Of a stretch of DNA of 34,412 nt, positions 25,894-34,405 are shown in pieces. Position 1 is the first letter of the stretch. The number at the start of each line of letters is the position of its first letter. The stretch is from the IMG/VR virus record IMGVR_UViG_3300037602_000036, positions 1 through 34,412 of that record; one strand, given 5' to 3'. A model generated the notes under the pieces. It was not told the origin of the DNA, did not search any database, and saw only the letters and a program-made list of their open reading frames with translations. The translations under genes were made by a program, and so were the position numbers. The stretch is from a virus. Its lineage: Duplodnaviria; Caudoviricetes.

Positions 25894-25945
25894 GCGGTAA
25901 ATAAACCGCTTTTATGTTGACGGCGGTAATTTTACCGCTTATGTG
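25894..25945 (+). promoter_or_regulatory. OL operators and PL promoter
   Basis: GCGGTAAATAAACCGC 25894-909, GCGGTAATTTTACCGC 25923-38; TTGACG(25917)-N17-TATGTG. Confidence 0.8.
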
Positions 25946-26013
25946 TATTCCCAACAGCCCCACCGAAGACGCGCCGCTGGCGCAGATCGCGGGGCCACAA
26001 AGGGAGCCTAGAC

Positions 26014-26373
26014 ATGCGCGATACAGCCTTTCAAACGATCTACCTCGGAGACGACATCGAGTGCGCGGCACAGGTTGCGTTCTTCGTTGAGCGTGAAGGT
26101 GCTGACACTGCGTGCGGCTTCTCTGGTGGTCACGATGTCACTGCCGATGTCCTCAGCGTTCAGATGGAAAACCCCGAGACTTGGGATCTTGAACTGCTCT
26201 CTCGTGAAGAGGTGATCCGCCGCTTTGGGAAGTCTGACCTTCTCCGCGCCGAACGTGAGCTGGAAGACACGATGTCTGAGGCTCTGAACCGCGGCGACAC
26301 AATCACCAGTGACGAAGACGCAATCTTCGAGCCGCGCGACTTCGAGTTCGCTTGGCCCATCGCAGCAGAGTGA
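26014..26373 (+). CDS. Acidic hypothetical protein (first PL gene)
   Basis: 119 aa, AGGGAG RBS. Confidence 0.7.
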   Translation: MRDTAFQTIYLGDDIECAAQVAFFVEREGADTACGFSGGHDVTADVLSVQMENPETWDLELLSREEVIRRFGKSDLLRAERELEDTMSEALNRGDTITSDEDAIFEPRDFEFAWPIAAE

Positions 26374-26383
26374 GGTCAAAGAC

Positions 26384-26590
26384 ATGAGCTACCAAGACGT
26401 TCACACACGCGTGCGCGCCAACTCCGTCACAGACGTGGCTTATGAGCGTGGCGTGCAGGTCAACCGGCTGTCAATGGCGCTGGAAGACATCGCCCGGACC
26501 TCCAGCTGCCGCAGAAGCGCGGAGAGAGCCCGCTTGGTTCTGGCGCAGGTAGGAGATCCCTTCCCTCTTGACCGGGAGGGCGCGGCATGA
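26384..26590 (+). CDS. Hypothetical protein
   Basis: GAGG RBS, MSYQDVH..., ATGA-coupled to next gene. Confidence 0.65.
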   Translation: MSYQDVHTRVRANSVTDVAYERGVQVNRLSMALEDIARTSSCRRSAERARLVLAQVGDPFPLDREGAA

Positions 26591-26850
26591 CCAACTTCTC
26601 AGAGATTACCCCCATTCGCACCCCGGCGGCAAAAGCCACTACTCACGGCACGCACAGCACGCGCCGCCGGGGGCTTGGAGATCATCCAGGCATGGGAAAG
26701 CATCTGGAACGGATGAACCGAGAGCGAAATGCGTCTCGCAATCAAGACCAGAAGAACTGGACGCTCACGCTGACGTTCTGGGCTCTGATGATCTTCGTCG
26801 CAATCCTGACCGCAGTGTCAGTCGGCGCCAGCCTTTCTAATCCCCTCTGA
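26587..26850 (+). CDS. Hypothetical membrane-anchored protein
   Basis: GGAGG RBS; C-terminal TM segment WTLTLTFWALMIFVAILTAV. Confidence 0.65.
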   Translation: MTNFSEITPIRTPAAKATTHGTHSTRRRGLGDHPGMGKHLERMNRERNASRNQDQKNWTLTLTFWALMIFVAILTAVSVGASLSNPL

Positions 26851-26958
26851 ACCTCCCTGTCGGGCGCACCACTGCGCGTCCGCAACTTCCCCGGCGGTGA
26901 GGGCTTTCTCCTCCCTAACCCGAAACCGCCGGGGCCTTTTATTCCAAGGAGACACGAC

Positions 26959-27936
26959 ATGACTCTGAAAATTACAAAATCGGATGAGGTGATTGAGGTG
27001 AAGAACCTTTGTGTCACCATCTATTCCCAGCCTGGCCTTGGAAAAACCAGCCTCGCCTTCACAGCAAGTCGCCCGCTGCTTCTAGACTTTGACAAAGGCT
27101 CTCACCGCGCCGTTGATCGCAAAGATGTTGTGCAAGTCGAAGACTGGCGCGATGTGGCAGGCATCTCTGCAGGAGATCTCGCTGCCTACGACACCATTGT
27201 CATCGACACTGTGGGCAAGGCGCTGGACACTCTGTCGGCTGATATCATCCGCGCGAACTCGAAACTCTCATATGGCGGTGCCTTGAACCAGCAAGGATGG
27301 GGTCAACTTGGCGTCAGGTTTTCCGCATTTCTCAAGCTCCTGCGCAGCTTCGGCAAGGACGTGGTGCTGATCTCTCACATGGACGAAAAAGCGGACGGAG
27401 ACGCCATCAAGGAGCGCTTGAAAATCTCAGGCGGATCCAAGGATCTAGTGCTTACAGACAGCGATGTGATCGCACGCATCTCGATTTACAACCGCGAACG
27501 TCACCTGATCTTTTCCCCTACTGAAACATCATTCGGAAAAGACCCGGCCAACATTGGCGCGATGCCCATTCCGGAAGCGTCGGCCGAAACATATGCCACC
27601 TGCCTCTCCGACATCATCACCCAGATCAAGGAAGGCATGAACGCGCTCTCCGAGGAGCAGGTGCAACGCAAGGCTGAGATTGATTGGTTCGCCACCAAGC
27701 TGCCTGAAATGACCAGCGCCGAGGAGATCAACGGCGTTCTGGGTCGAGCCAAGAAGGCGGGCAAGGATATTCAGAAGATGGTGGTCGCACGCGCGAAAGA
27801 GCTTGGCTTCGACTTCGATCCTGAAGCGAGGGAGTACGTCGATCCGAGTGCGGCGCTTGCTGACGAATTGGACGATGAAATCCCGGAGTTTGACGATGCA
27901 GACGAGCCGGAAAGCCCAGCTATGGCCGCCGAGTAA
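26959..27936 (+). CDS. Sak4-like AAA ATPase (single-strand annealing recombinase)
   Basis: YSQPGLGKTS Walker A, LLDFDKG, TIVIDT Walker B, LISH; next to exonuclease. Confidence 0.8.
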   Translation: MTLKITKSDEVIEVKNLCVTIYSQPGLGKTSLAFTASRPLLLDFDKGSHRAVDRKDVVQVEDWRDVAGISAGDLAAYDTIVIDTVGKALDTLSADIIRANSKLSYGGALNQQGWGQLGVRFSAFLKLLRSFGKDVVLISHMDEKADGDAIKERLKISGGSKDLVLTDSDVIARISIYNRERHLIFSPTETSFGKDPANIGAMPIPEASAETYATCLSDIITQIKEGMNALSEEQVQRKAEIDWFATKLPEMTSAEEINGVLGRAKKAGKDIQKMVVARAKELGFDFDPEAREYVDPSAALADELDDEIPEFDDADEPESPAMAAE

Positions 27937-27956
27937 AGCCACAAAGGAGAAAAGCA

Positions 27957-28661
27957 ATGCCGCTTGATATGTCCGCCATTCAGGAAGCCTACGCTTCCCA
28001 CAGTTTCGTCTACTTCGACATTGAGACTATCCCATGTCAGGATGAAAGCTACCTGATCGACCTTGAACGCAAGGTGAAGCCTCCGGCAAACCTGAAAAAG
28101 CCGGAGAGCATAGAGAAGTGGCTTGCCGAAAACCGCAAGAGCGCTGCAATCGAAGCGCTCTCCAAGACCAGCTTTGACGGAGGTCGCGGGCACGTCTGCA
28201 CTATTGCATGGGCAAAGAATGACGGCCCTATTGCAGTGCGCCACGCAAAAACCACTGCAGACGAGCGGAGCATCTTAGCCGACTTCTTCGGTGATCTGGA
28301 TCACTACCACAGTGAAACGCTTGTGGGTCATAACATCGCCGGGTTTGATATCGGGTTTCTCCGCAAGCGTGCGATCTATCTCGGCGTGAAGATGCCGGCG
28401 TCTGGCAGCTTCCCTCGCGACCCGAAACCCTGGGACCGGTCCATTGTGGACACAATGGCTGCATGGGCTGGCGGCACCAACCGCATCAGCATGGACGAAC
28501 TCTGCCAGATCCTCGGAATTCAGGGCAAGGACGGTTTTGACGGCTCTCAGGTGGCTGCAGCATGGGCGGCAGGCGAACACGACAGAATTGCTGAATACTG
28601 CAAGGACGATGTGTGGCGCACTCGTGAGATCCACAAGCGCTTTCTCGCGGCGGGCTACTGA
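27957..28661 (+). CDS. 3'-5' exonuclease (DnaQ/PolB-like)
   Basis: FDIET (ExoI), GHNIAGFD (ExoII), YCKDDV (ExoIII). Confidence 0.85.
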   Translation: MPLDMSAIQEAYASHSFVYFDIETIPCQDESYLIDLERKVKPPANLKKPESIEKWLAENRKSAAIEALSKTSFDGGRGHVCTIAWAKNDGPIAVRHAKTTADERSILADFFGDLDHYHSETLVGHNIAGFDIGFLRKRAIYLGVKMPASGSFPRDPKPWDRSIVDTMAAWAGGTNRISMDELCQILGIQGKDGFDGSQVAAAWAAGEHDRIAEYCKDDVWRTREIHKRFLAAGY

Positions 28662-28834
28662 TGACTACCCGCGCCGCCGTTGCCGAATACTTCCGCCGTG
28701 AGAAGGCGGCCATGAACACGCCTCAAGGCGCAGATCATGACGCCCTGATTGCAGAGGTTGCGCTCGAGTTTCGCATGAGCATTCGCATCCTCAATGACGC
28801 CGTGAAAGCAGAAACCATCACGAGGCCGAACTGA
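28661..28834 (+). CDS. 57-aa hypothetical protein (absent from ORF track)
   Basis: MTTRAAVAEYFRREK...TRPN; TGATG-coupled at both ends. Confidence 0.65.
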   Translation: MTTRAAVAEYFRREKAAMNTPQGADHDALIAEVALEFRMSIRILNDAVKAETITRPN

Positions 28835-29223
28835 TGGCAGGTCAGACTGTGATTCTTGTTGGCGAGAGCCAGCGCCACTTCGCACGCTCTCTGATCGACC
28901 AGGCGCCAGCGGGCGCAGTTGTGAATGTCCGCAAGGCAAAGCGCACCGTAGATCAGAACGCGAAAATGTGGGCAATGCTATCCGACATCTCTCGGGCAGC
29001 CCCGGAGGGCCGCCTCTGGACGACAGACACATGGAAGGCCGCATTCATGCATGCCCTCGGCCACGAGATCATGTGGCAACCCGGTTTGAACGGACAACCC
29101 TTCCCCGCTGGTTTCCGAACTTCGCGCCTCGACAAAGAGCAGATGGCGGACCTGATCACCTTAATCCAAGAATACGGCGACCGGCATGGCGTCGAGTGGA
29201 CTGCGCCGGAGGTGGCAGCATGA
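28834..29223 (+). CDS. ninB: NinB-like recombination protein
   Basis: RTVDQNAKMWAMLSDIS..WK..F..RTSRL...M.DLI..I..YG...GVEW. Confidence 0.8.
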   Translation: MAGQTVILVGESQRHFARSLIDQAPAGAVVNVRKAKRTVDQNAKMWAMLSDISRAAPEGRLWTTDTWKAAFMHALGHEIMWQPGLNGQPFPAGFRTSRLDKEQMADLITLIQEYGDRHGVEWTAPEVAA

Positions 29224-29612
29224 CCCGCGAAATCTACTGCTGCGGCTGCTCGGAGAAAGTTTCGGCGCGCCTGACCGATGGGGCGGAAATCTATCCACAC
29301 CGCCGCGACCTAGCAGCGCTGCCCTTCTGGAAGTGTGACTCCTGCGGCAACCACGTCGGCTGCCACCACAAGACCAGCAACCCGACAAATCCTCTCGGAT
29401 GTATCCCCACACCGGAGATCAAGAGCGCCCGACAGCACATTCACCGCATTCTGGACCCAATCTGGAAAAGCAAGCGCATGTCGCGCAGGGCCGTTTACGC
29501 CGAGGTGGCGCAGCGGTTGGGCCGCAAAGATTACCACACCGCCAACATTCGCAGCTTGGATGAGGCGCGGCATGTGTACCGGATCGTAAAAGAGATTGGA
29601 GCGCAGACATGA
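29220..29612 (+). CDS. Zinc-finger protein (DUF3268-like)
   Basis: CxxC, IYPHRRDL, CxxC..VGCH, PLG, R..H..DPIWK, R.VY..LG motifs. Confidence 0.7.
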   Translation: MTREIYCCGCSEKVSARLTDGAEIYPHRRDLAALPFWKCDSCGNHVGCHHKTSNPTNPLGCIPTPEIKSARQHIHRILDPIWKSKRMSRRAVYAEVAQRLGRKDYHTANIRSLDEARHVYRIVKEIGAQT

Positions 29613-29986
29613 GCCGCCCTGTTGCCGAATGGATCGGCAAAACCGACGCCACCCCTGCCCCGGCTCGCGTCAAGGCACGGATCATCATGGCGCAGGATGG
29701 CATCTGCGCCTGCGGCTGTGAGGTGAAGCTGGGCGCGGCTGGAGAAGCTATCGAGTTCGATCATGAAACCGCCCTGATCCTTGGTGGCGAGAACAGGGAA
29801 AGCAATCTGCGCGCCTTACGCCGCCCATGCCACTCGCTGAAAACAAAGCAGGACGTGACGCAAAAATCAGTCGAGGCCCGGAAGCGGAACAAGTCTCTCG
29901 GTCTGCACAAGCCCAAAGGCACCCTGCCCGGCTCCAAGGGCAGCAAATGGAAACGCAAGGTAGATGGCACGATCGTGCCTCGCTGA
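29609..29986 (+). CDS. HNH endonuclease
   Basis: CACGC..EFDH..LGGENRESNL..CH..KT motif. Confidence 0.8.
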   Translation: MSRPVAEWIGKTDATPAPARVKARIIMAQDGICACGCEVKLGAAGEAIEFDHETALILGGENRESNLRALRRPCHSLKTKQDVTQKSVEARKRNKSLGLHKPKGTLPGSKGSKWKRKVDGTIVPR

Positions 29987-29999
29987 ACGGAGAACTGAC

Positions 30000-30773
30000 A
30001 TGAAAGATCAAATCGAAGCACCGACAACCGACATTGCGATCCTTGCTGGGCAAGCACTGCATGAAGCGACCGCACCCGAGCGCGTGAAAGAAATCATCGA
30101 CAAGATGATCGGGGAAACAGTCAAAGGCGCAATTGAAAGCGCAATGCGCAGCTATTCGGATTTTGGACGGACTCTCGAAAAGAAAATCGAGGAGGCTTTG
30201 TCAATCTCCAACCTGGATCTGCCGAGCTACAACAACATGGTCTGCGCGATGGTTCAAAACCAAGTCGAGGCGGTTGCATCTGAACTAATTCAGGGACGTC
30301 TGCAGGCTGACATCAACGAAATGCTCGGGGTCGCTCCTCAATCCATAAAGCTCTCTGAGATCGTCAATCAGATGCGCCAGAGCCACGAGGAAGATGGCGG
30401 ATATGGGGAGGTCGTCACCTGCATCGTAGAGGAGATCCACGTTGACGATAGCGACTTCTGGGGGCCTCGCTGGAAGGTCTATCTCGATGATACAACCCAC
30501 TACTCTCATAGCGACAAGGGAAGCTGTGAAGTGGTGCTGGAGGTCTGGCACGGGATCAAACAAGACCGCGACCAGTCGAACCATGAGATCACCACCGGAA
30601 CGATTTCACAGATCCAAGAATACAGCGGAGTGATCACGAGCAAGGGCGGCAAAGCGGGCTTCTCGATGCGCCGACCCTACGGGCTCACTCAAAAGCTACT
30701 GGCCATGTACGCGGCTGAAACTGTGATCGAGGTGGACGAGGATGAAGTCGTCACTTCGGTTGGTGATTACTGA
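30000..30773 (+). CDS. Hypothetical protein
   Basis: 257 aa, GGAG RBS, LDLPSYN motif, acidic. Confidence 0.75.
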   Translation: MKDQIEAPTTDIAILAGQALHEATAPERVKEIIDKMIGETVKGAIESAMRSYSDFGRTLEKKIEEALSISNLDLPSYNNMVCAMVQNQVEAVASELIQGRLQADINEMLGVAPQSIKLSEIVNQMRQSHEEDGGYGEVVTCIVEEIHVDDSDFWGPRWKVYLDDTTHYSHSDKGSCEVVLEVWHGIKQDRDQSNHEITTGTISQIQEYSGVITSKGGKAGFSMRRPYGLTQKLLAMYAAETVIEVDEDEVVTSVGDY

Positions 30774-30810
30774 TCCCTTCACCTGCCCTCGCAAAACGGA
30801 GAACCCACCA

Positions 30811-31050
30811 ATGAAAAACAAGCTGTCCGACCTGAACAACCACCTCTTTGCCCAGCTTGAACGGCTGTCCGAGGAAAACCTGACCAGTGAACAGATCGAG
30901 GGTGAGGTCAAAAGGACTGAGGCAATCGTATCGCTCTCTGACCAGATCGTAGGCAACGCTGATCTCCAACTGAAAGCTGCGAAACTCTTCGCCGAGCATG
31001 GCGCTTCGGTACTCCCCCACCTTCCCCAGCTCGGAAAAGCTGAGGCATGA
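30811..31050 (+). CDS. Conserved small helical phage protein (HNH partner)
   Basis: MKNKLSDLNNHLFAQLERL...E..R..A....I..A.L.LKA pattern; ATGA-coupled to HNH. Confidence 0.8.
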   Translation: MKNKLSDLNNHLFAQLERLSEENLTSEQIEGEVKRTEAIVSLSDQIVGNADLQLKAAKLFAEHGASVLPHLPQLGKAEA

Positions 31051-31694
31051 AGGGCCGCGCCATCAAATACTCCGCTCAGGAACTGGCATGGCTCGAGGCC
31101 AACCGGGGCATGGTTATCGGTGACTACTATCGAGCCTTCCAGAAACGCTTTCAGCGTCAGGACGTTTCGGCGAACAACCTCCATGCCCTTCGCAAGCGAA
31201 AGGGGTGGAAGACCGGACGCACTGGGCAGTTCCAAACAGGCCAAAAGCCCCACAACAAGGGCAAAAAGATGCCTTTTCACCCAAACAGTGCGCGCACCCA
31301 GTTCAAGAAAGGCAACCTTCCCCACAATGCCAACCACCTCGGCCACGAGCGGGTGTCAAAGGATGGGTATGTCGAGATCAGCATCGATGAGCGGAACCCG
31401 CACACGGGGTACGAACGCCGTTATGTCCTGAAGCATCGCTATCTTTGGGAGAAAGCCAACGGTCCCGTGCCCGAAGGCATGTGCCTGAAATGCCGCGATG
31501 GGAACAAGACGAACACGGACCCTGAGAACTGGATTCTGATCCCCCGGGCGCTTCTTCCCAGGCTAAACGGCGGGAAGTCAGGGAAGCACCCAAAGTATGA
31601 CGAGGCGGAGCCGGAACTGCGCCCTACCATCCTAGCGGTCGCCCAACTCAGCCACGCTGCGAAACAGGCAAAGTCGGGAGAACACCATGACTGA
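31047..31694 (+). CDS. HNH_3-type endonuclease with repeated F..G..PHN motifs
   Basis: FQTGQKPHN, FKKGNLPHN, KHRYLWE..GPVPEG..DGNK.N...N motifs. Confidence 0.85.
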   Translation: MKGRAIKYSAQELAWLEANRGMVIGDYYRAFQKRFQRQDVSANNLHALRKRKGWKTGRTGQFQTGQKPHNKGKKMPFHPNSARTQFKKGNLPHNANHLGHERVSKDGYVEISIDERNPHTGYERRYVLKHRYLWEKANGPVPEGMCLKCRDGNKTNTDPENWILIPRALLPRLNGGKSGKHPKYDEAEPELRPTILAVAQLSHAAKQAKSGEHHD

Positions 31695-32409
31695 CACAAG
31701 CACAGAGGCGGTGCTTAAGGAGGCGACAGAAGCCTGCAGAAACATGGCCCGGTGGATAGCCAATAGCCGCATCAAGGTAGTGCGACCGCTATGGGAGGAA
31801 CATATGCAAAAAGCTCAGCGCTTCATAAATATGGTCACAGCCGAGCGTGACCAAGCCCTAGCACGTGAGCGGGCATTGCTAGATAGCAACAAGGATGAGC
31901 GCACGTACCTGATGGAGCGAAACGCGGCGGTTCATGAGGCAAAGAAGCTGAATGCCGAGCGCGATGCTTCACAGGAAGCATATGGACGGGCGTGTGATCG
32001 GATCGACACCCTCGCTGCGCAACTGGCGGAGGCCCGGTCTAAGATAGAAATGGCGGAGTTGATGGCCAAAGAAGTTGGCGTACTGGCCCGGAATGCGGCG
32101 CTGGATGAGGCGATTGACGTGTGCATGTCAGAGGCCAGAGAATTTAGTCAGGGCACTGAGATTGACGAGTGCTCAAAGATTGCACTTCACGACGCAGCAG
32201 CCCGTATCCGCGCCCTCAAGTCCGAGCCAGCCCCGCGCCAGAGCGTGCAGGGAGGTGGTGACCTATCAACGGAAGATGCTGTCGTCATTCTGAAGCTGTG
32301 CGGAATTACTGACCTTCAGGCTACGCAGTTTTGCGGTCGACAAAAAACCGTTTCGGTCGAGTCACTGATTGCTGCCATCCGCGCCCTCGCACAGAAGGAG
32401 AGCGAGTGA
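31687..32409 (+). CDS. Coiled-coil hypothetical protein
   Basis: 240 aa, ARNAALDEA..IRALK mosaic phage motifs. Confidence 0.7.
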   Translation: MTDTSTEAVLKEATEACRNMARWIANSRIKVVRPLWEEHMQKAQRFINMVTAERDQALARERALLDSNKDERTYLMERNAAVHEAKKLNAERDASQEAYGRACDRIDTLAAQLAEARSKIEMAELMAKEVGVLARNAALDEAIDVCMSEAREFSQGTEIDECSKIALHDAAARIRALKSEPAPRQSVQGGGDLSTEDAVVILKLCGITDLQATQFCGRQKTVSVESLIAAIRALAQKESE

Positions 32410-32882
32410 TGAGCATGCACAGTCAAACGGACGAAAAAGACCTAGAAAAGGCTTTGGAAAATCACGGCCTATCGACATCGCTCCCAAGTCAACTCGCAGA
32501 CGCCTTTCGCACCGGATGGAGGGCAAAAGAGAGCGGCCTTGATACCGCGACTTCTCTTCGAGATCAGTTGGCAATGTCAGCCCCTGACGTTCCGAGTTGG
32601 TATCATCACAAAGATGAACGCCACTACACAGAAGGTTTGACAGGCTGCCAGGAAACACTGGCAAGACGGCAGTGGAGCTTGGATCGAATAACAAGCTGGC
32701 GATACGCTTATGCGGACGCCATGCTTGTGGCCCGAGATGGCAACAACGCCGACCGCATCACCGCGCTAGAGGATGAGAACAAGCGGCTGCGGGAGGCGCT
32801 GGAGATCGTGGCGGGCGGAGATACGCGCGACTATACGGACAATTACCTGATCGCCCGCGCAGCACTGGAGGCCAACCAGTGA
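32409..32882 (+). CDS. Hypothetical protein with LRD..A..YADAML.AR domain
   Basis: TGATG-coupled; widespread small phage domain motif. Confidence 0.7.
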   Translation: MSMHSQTDEKDLEKALENHGLSTSLPSQLADAFRTGWRAKESGLDTATSLRDQLAMSAPDVPSWYHHKDERHYTEGLTGCQETLARRQWSLDRITSWRYAYADAMLVARDGNNADRITALEDENKRLREALEIVAGGDTRDYTDNYLIARAALEANQ

Positions 32883-33034
32883 GCCCGCAAACGCTCTTAC
32901 GCCAGCGCATCGAGGCTCACCGTCGCGCGATACGATCCGGGGATCTCATCGAGATCAATCGCACTTGGGACGATCTGGAACACGTCGTAGAATACGCCAA
33001 GCCTATACAGGACCAGAAGAAGGAGGCCGCTTGA
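32879..33034 (+). CDS. 51-aa hypothetical protein (absent from ORF track)
   Basis: GTG start after GGAGG, MSPQTLLRQRIEAH...KKEAA; overlaps both neighbours. Confidence 0.6.
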   Translation: MSPQTLLRQRIEAHRRAIRSGDLIEINRTWDDLEHVVEYAKPIQDQKKEAA

Positions 33035-33321
33035 TGGGTAAAGCCAGACCCTTCACTATTTCAATGCTAGCTGATCGATGGGGTTGCTCTGGCGAAACAG
33101 TGCGCAGCATGATCAATCGAGGCGATCTCCCGGCATTCCGGGTTGGAAAAGGGTATCGCATAACCGCTGAAGCTGTGGAGAAACACGAATGCGCGACTAC
33201 CGCCTTGGACGCCTCAAAGGACGATGGGTCGTCATCTGGAACGATGAAGACGGGAAGCGCAGACGCTATCGCCTTGCGGCTGAGACGCGACAATCTGCGG
33301 AGAGAGAGGCGCGCGACTTAA
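33034..33321 (+). CDS. xis: Excisionase-like HTH protein
   Basis: LADRWGCSGETVRSMI.RGDLPAFRVG..YRI (HTH_17-like); AGGAGG RBS; upstream of int. Confidence 0.8.
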   Translation: MGKARPFTISMLADRWGCSGETVRSMINRGDLPAFRVGKGYRITAEAVEKHECATTALDASKDDGSSSGTMKTGSADAIALRLRRDNLRRERRAT

Positions 33322-34211
33322 TCCTCTACGCCGATGCACCCTCAGGAGGTCTGACAGTTGAGCAAGCGTGGAAGGCCTACCAAGAAGACATGGGTGATCG
33401 GCGGCAGGCATCCAAACTCGAGCAGGTAGGAAAGAACATCCTGCCGGTATTTGGACACCTGGGAGCCGGACAAGTGACGGTCGAGGACTGTCGCGCCTAC
33501 ATATCGGACCGCCGCGACCAAGGGCGGAAGGATGGCACAATACGCACAGAGATGAACTGCCTGCGCGCGACCGTGAAGTGGGCAGCACGCCGAGGATTGA
33601 TTACATCAGCGCCTCACATCGAATTGCCCAAGATGCCACCGCCAAGAGATAGATACCTGAGCCGTAGCGAAGCCTCAGCATTGGTTGCGGCCGCGATCGA
33701 CCCCCACATCCGCTTGGCGATACTTTTGATGCTTACTACCGCCGGGCGCATTGGCGCGCTCTTGGAGTTGACATGGGACCGAGTGGACCTGGAGCGCCGT
33801 GTGATCAAGCTCGCTACAAATGACATTGGGCCGAAGAAGGGGCGGGCCACCGTTCCAATCAATGACACGCTTGTTGCAGCTCTGCAGACCGCTCAATCGG
33901 CAGCAGTTTCCCCCTACGTCATCGAATGGGGAGGAAGGAAGGTTGGCTCCATCAAGACGGGCTTCAATGCCGCGGTAAAGCGAGCAGGCATCGAGCATTG
34001 TACTCCTCATGACCTTCGCCGCACAGCAGGCAGGTTCATGGTCGAAGCTGGCGTACCGATTGATGAGGTCGCGCAATACCTGGGCCACACCAATCCGAGT
34101 GTGACGAGATCCACCTACGGCCAGTTCTCCCCAGACTACCTGCGAAAAGCAGCGGGTGCATTGGACATTGACGTAATTGGAGAGGCGCAAGGACGAAAAC
34201 GCACAGTTTGA
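33189..34211 (+). CDS. int: Tyrosine integrase
   Basis: TAGR..L.L.WD.VD, HDLRR, LGH, catalytic Y near C-terminus; adjacent to tRNA. Confidence 0.95.
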   Translation: MRDYRLGRLKGRWVVIWNDEDGKRRRYRLAAETRQSAEREARDLILYADAPSGGLTVEQAWKAYQEDMGDRRQASKLEQVGKNILPVFGHLGAGQVTVEDCRAYISDRRDQGRKDGTIRTEMNCLRATVKWAARRGLITSAPHIELPKMPPPRDRYLSRSEASALVAAAIDPHIRLAILLMLTTAGRIGALLELTWDRVDLERRVIKLATNDIGPKKGRATVPINDTLVAALQTAQSAAVSPYVIEWGGRKVGSIKTGFNAAVKRAGIEHCTPHDLRRTAGRFMVEAGVPIDEVAQYLGHTNPSVTRSTYGQFSPDYLRKAAGALDIDVIGEAQGRKRTV

Positions 34212-34272
34212 ACCGAACCGCGAGAATCGCCTTCGGGTTCACCGAACTAAAGAGAAAACCTTCTTAGCGATT

Positions 34273-34285
34273 TAACTTATTGATT
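34273..34285 (-). promoter_or_regulatory. IHF-binding site in the att arm
   Basis: AATCAATAAGTTA matches WATCAANNNNTTR, 4 nt from the tRNA 3' end. Confidence 0.65.
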
Positions 34286-34289
34286 TTAC

Positions 34290-34366
34290 TGGCGACCCCG
34301 GCAGGATTCGAACCTGCAACCTGCCCCTTAGGAGGGGGCTGCTCTATCCAGTTGAGCCACGGGGCC
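34290..34366 (-). tRNA. tRNA-Arg (CCT), integration target
   Basis: 77-nt cloverleaf GGCCCCG...GCCCC-CT-CCT-AA-GGGGC...TTCGAAT...CGGGGTC-G-CCA. Confidence 0.97.
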
Positions 34367-34376
34367 AGCGGATTTC

Positions 34377-34405
34377 GCGATAGCAAATAGACCCCACAAG
34401 CTCAA
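34377..34405 (-). promoter_or_regulatory. Host tRNA promoter
   Basis: TTGAGC-N17-TATCGC with extended -10 TG. Confidence 0.5.

Larger units (their letters stand above)
1..34289. mobile_element. Temperate podovirus-like prophage (left end truncated by window), integrated at tRNA-Arg(CCT)
   Basis: Contiguous terminase-portal-capsid-short tail-ejection module, lambdoid cI/cro switch, recombination genes, and xis/int abutting a tRNA 3' end. Confidence 0.95.

Noticed and set aside
25865-25900. Hammerhead-like TGATGAG...GAAA
   Set aside because: Core C3 is A, stem II does not pair properly, and the adjacent palindrome is an operator
26570-33034. Many proteins ending E-x-A(A)
   Set aside because: Explained by GGAGG RBS overlap in translationally coupled genes
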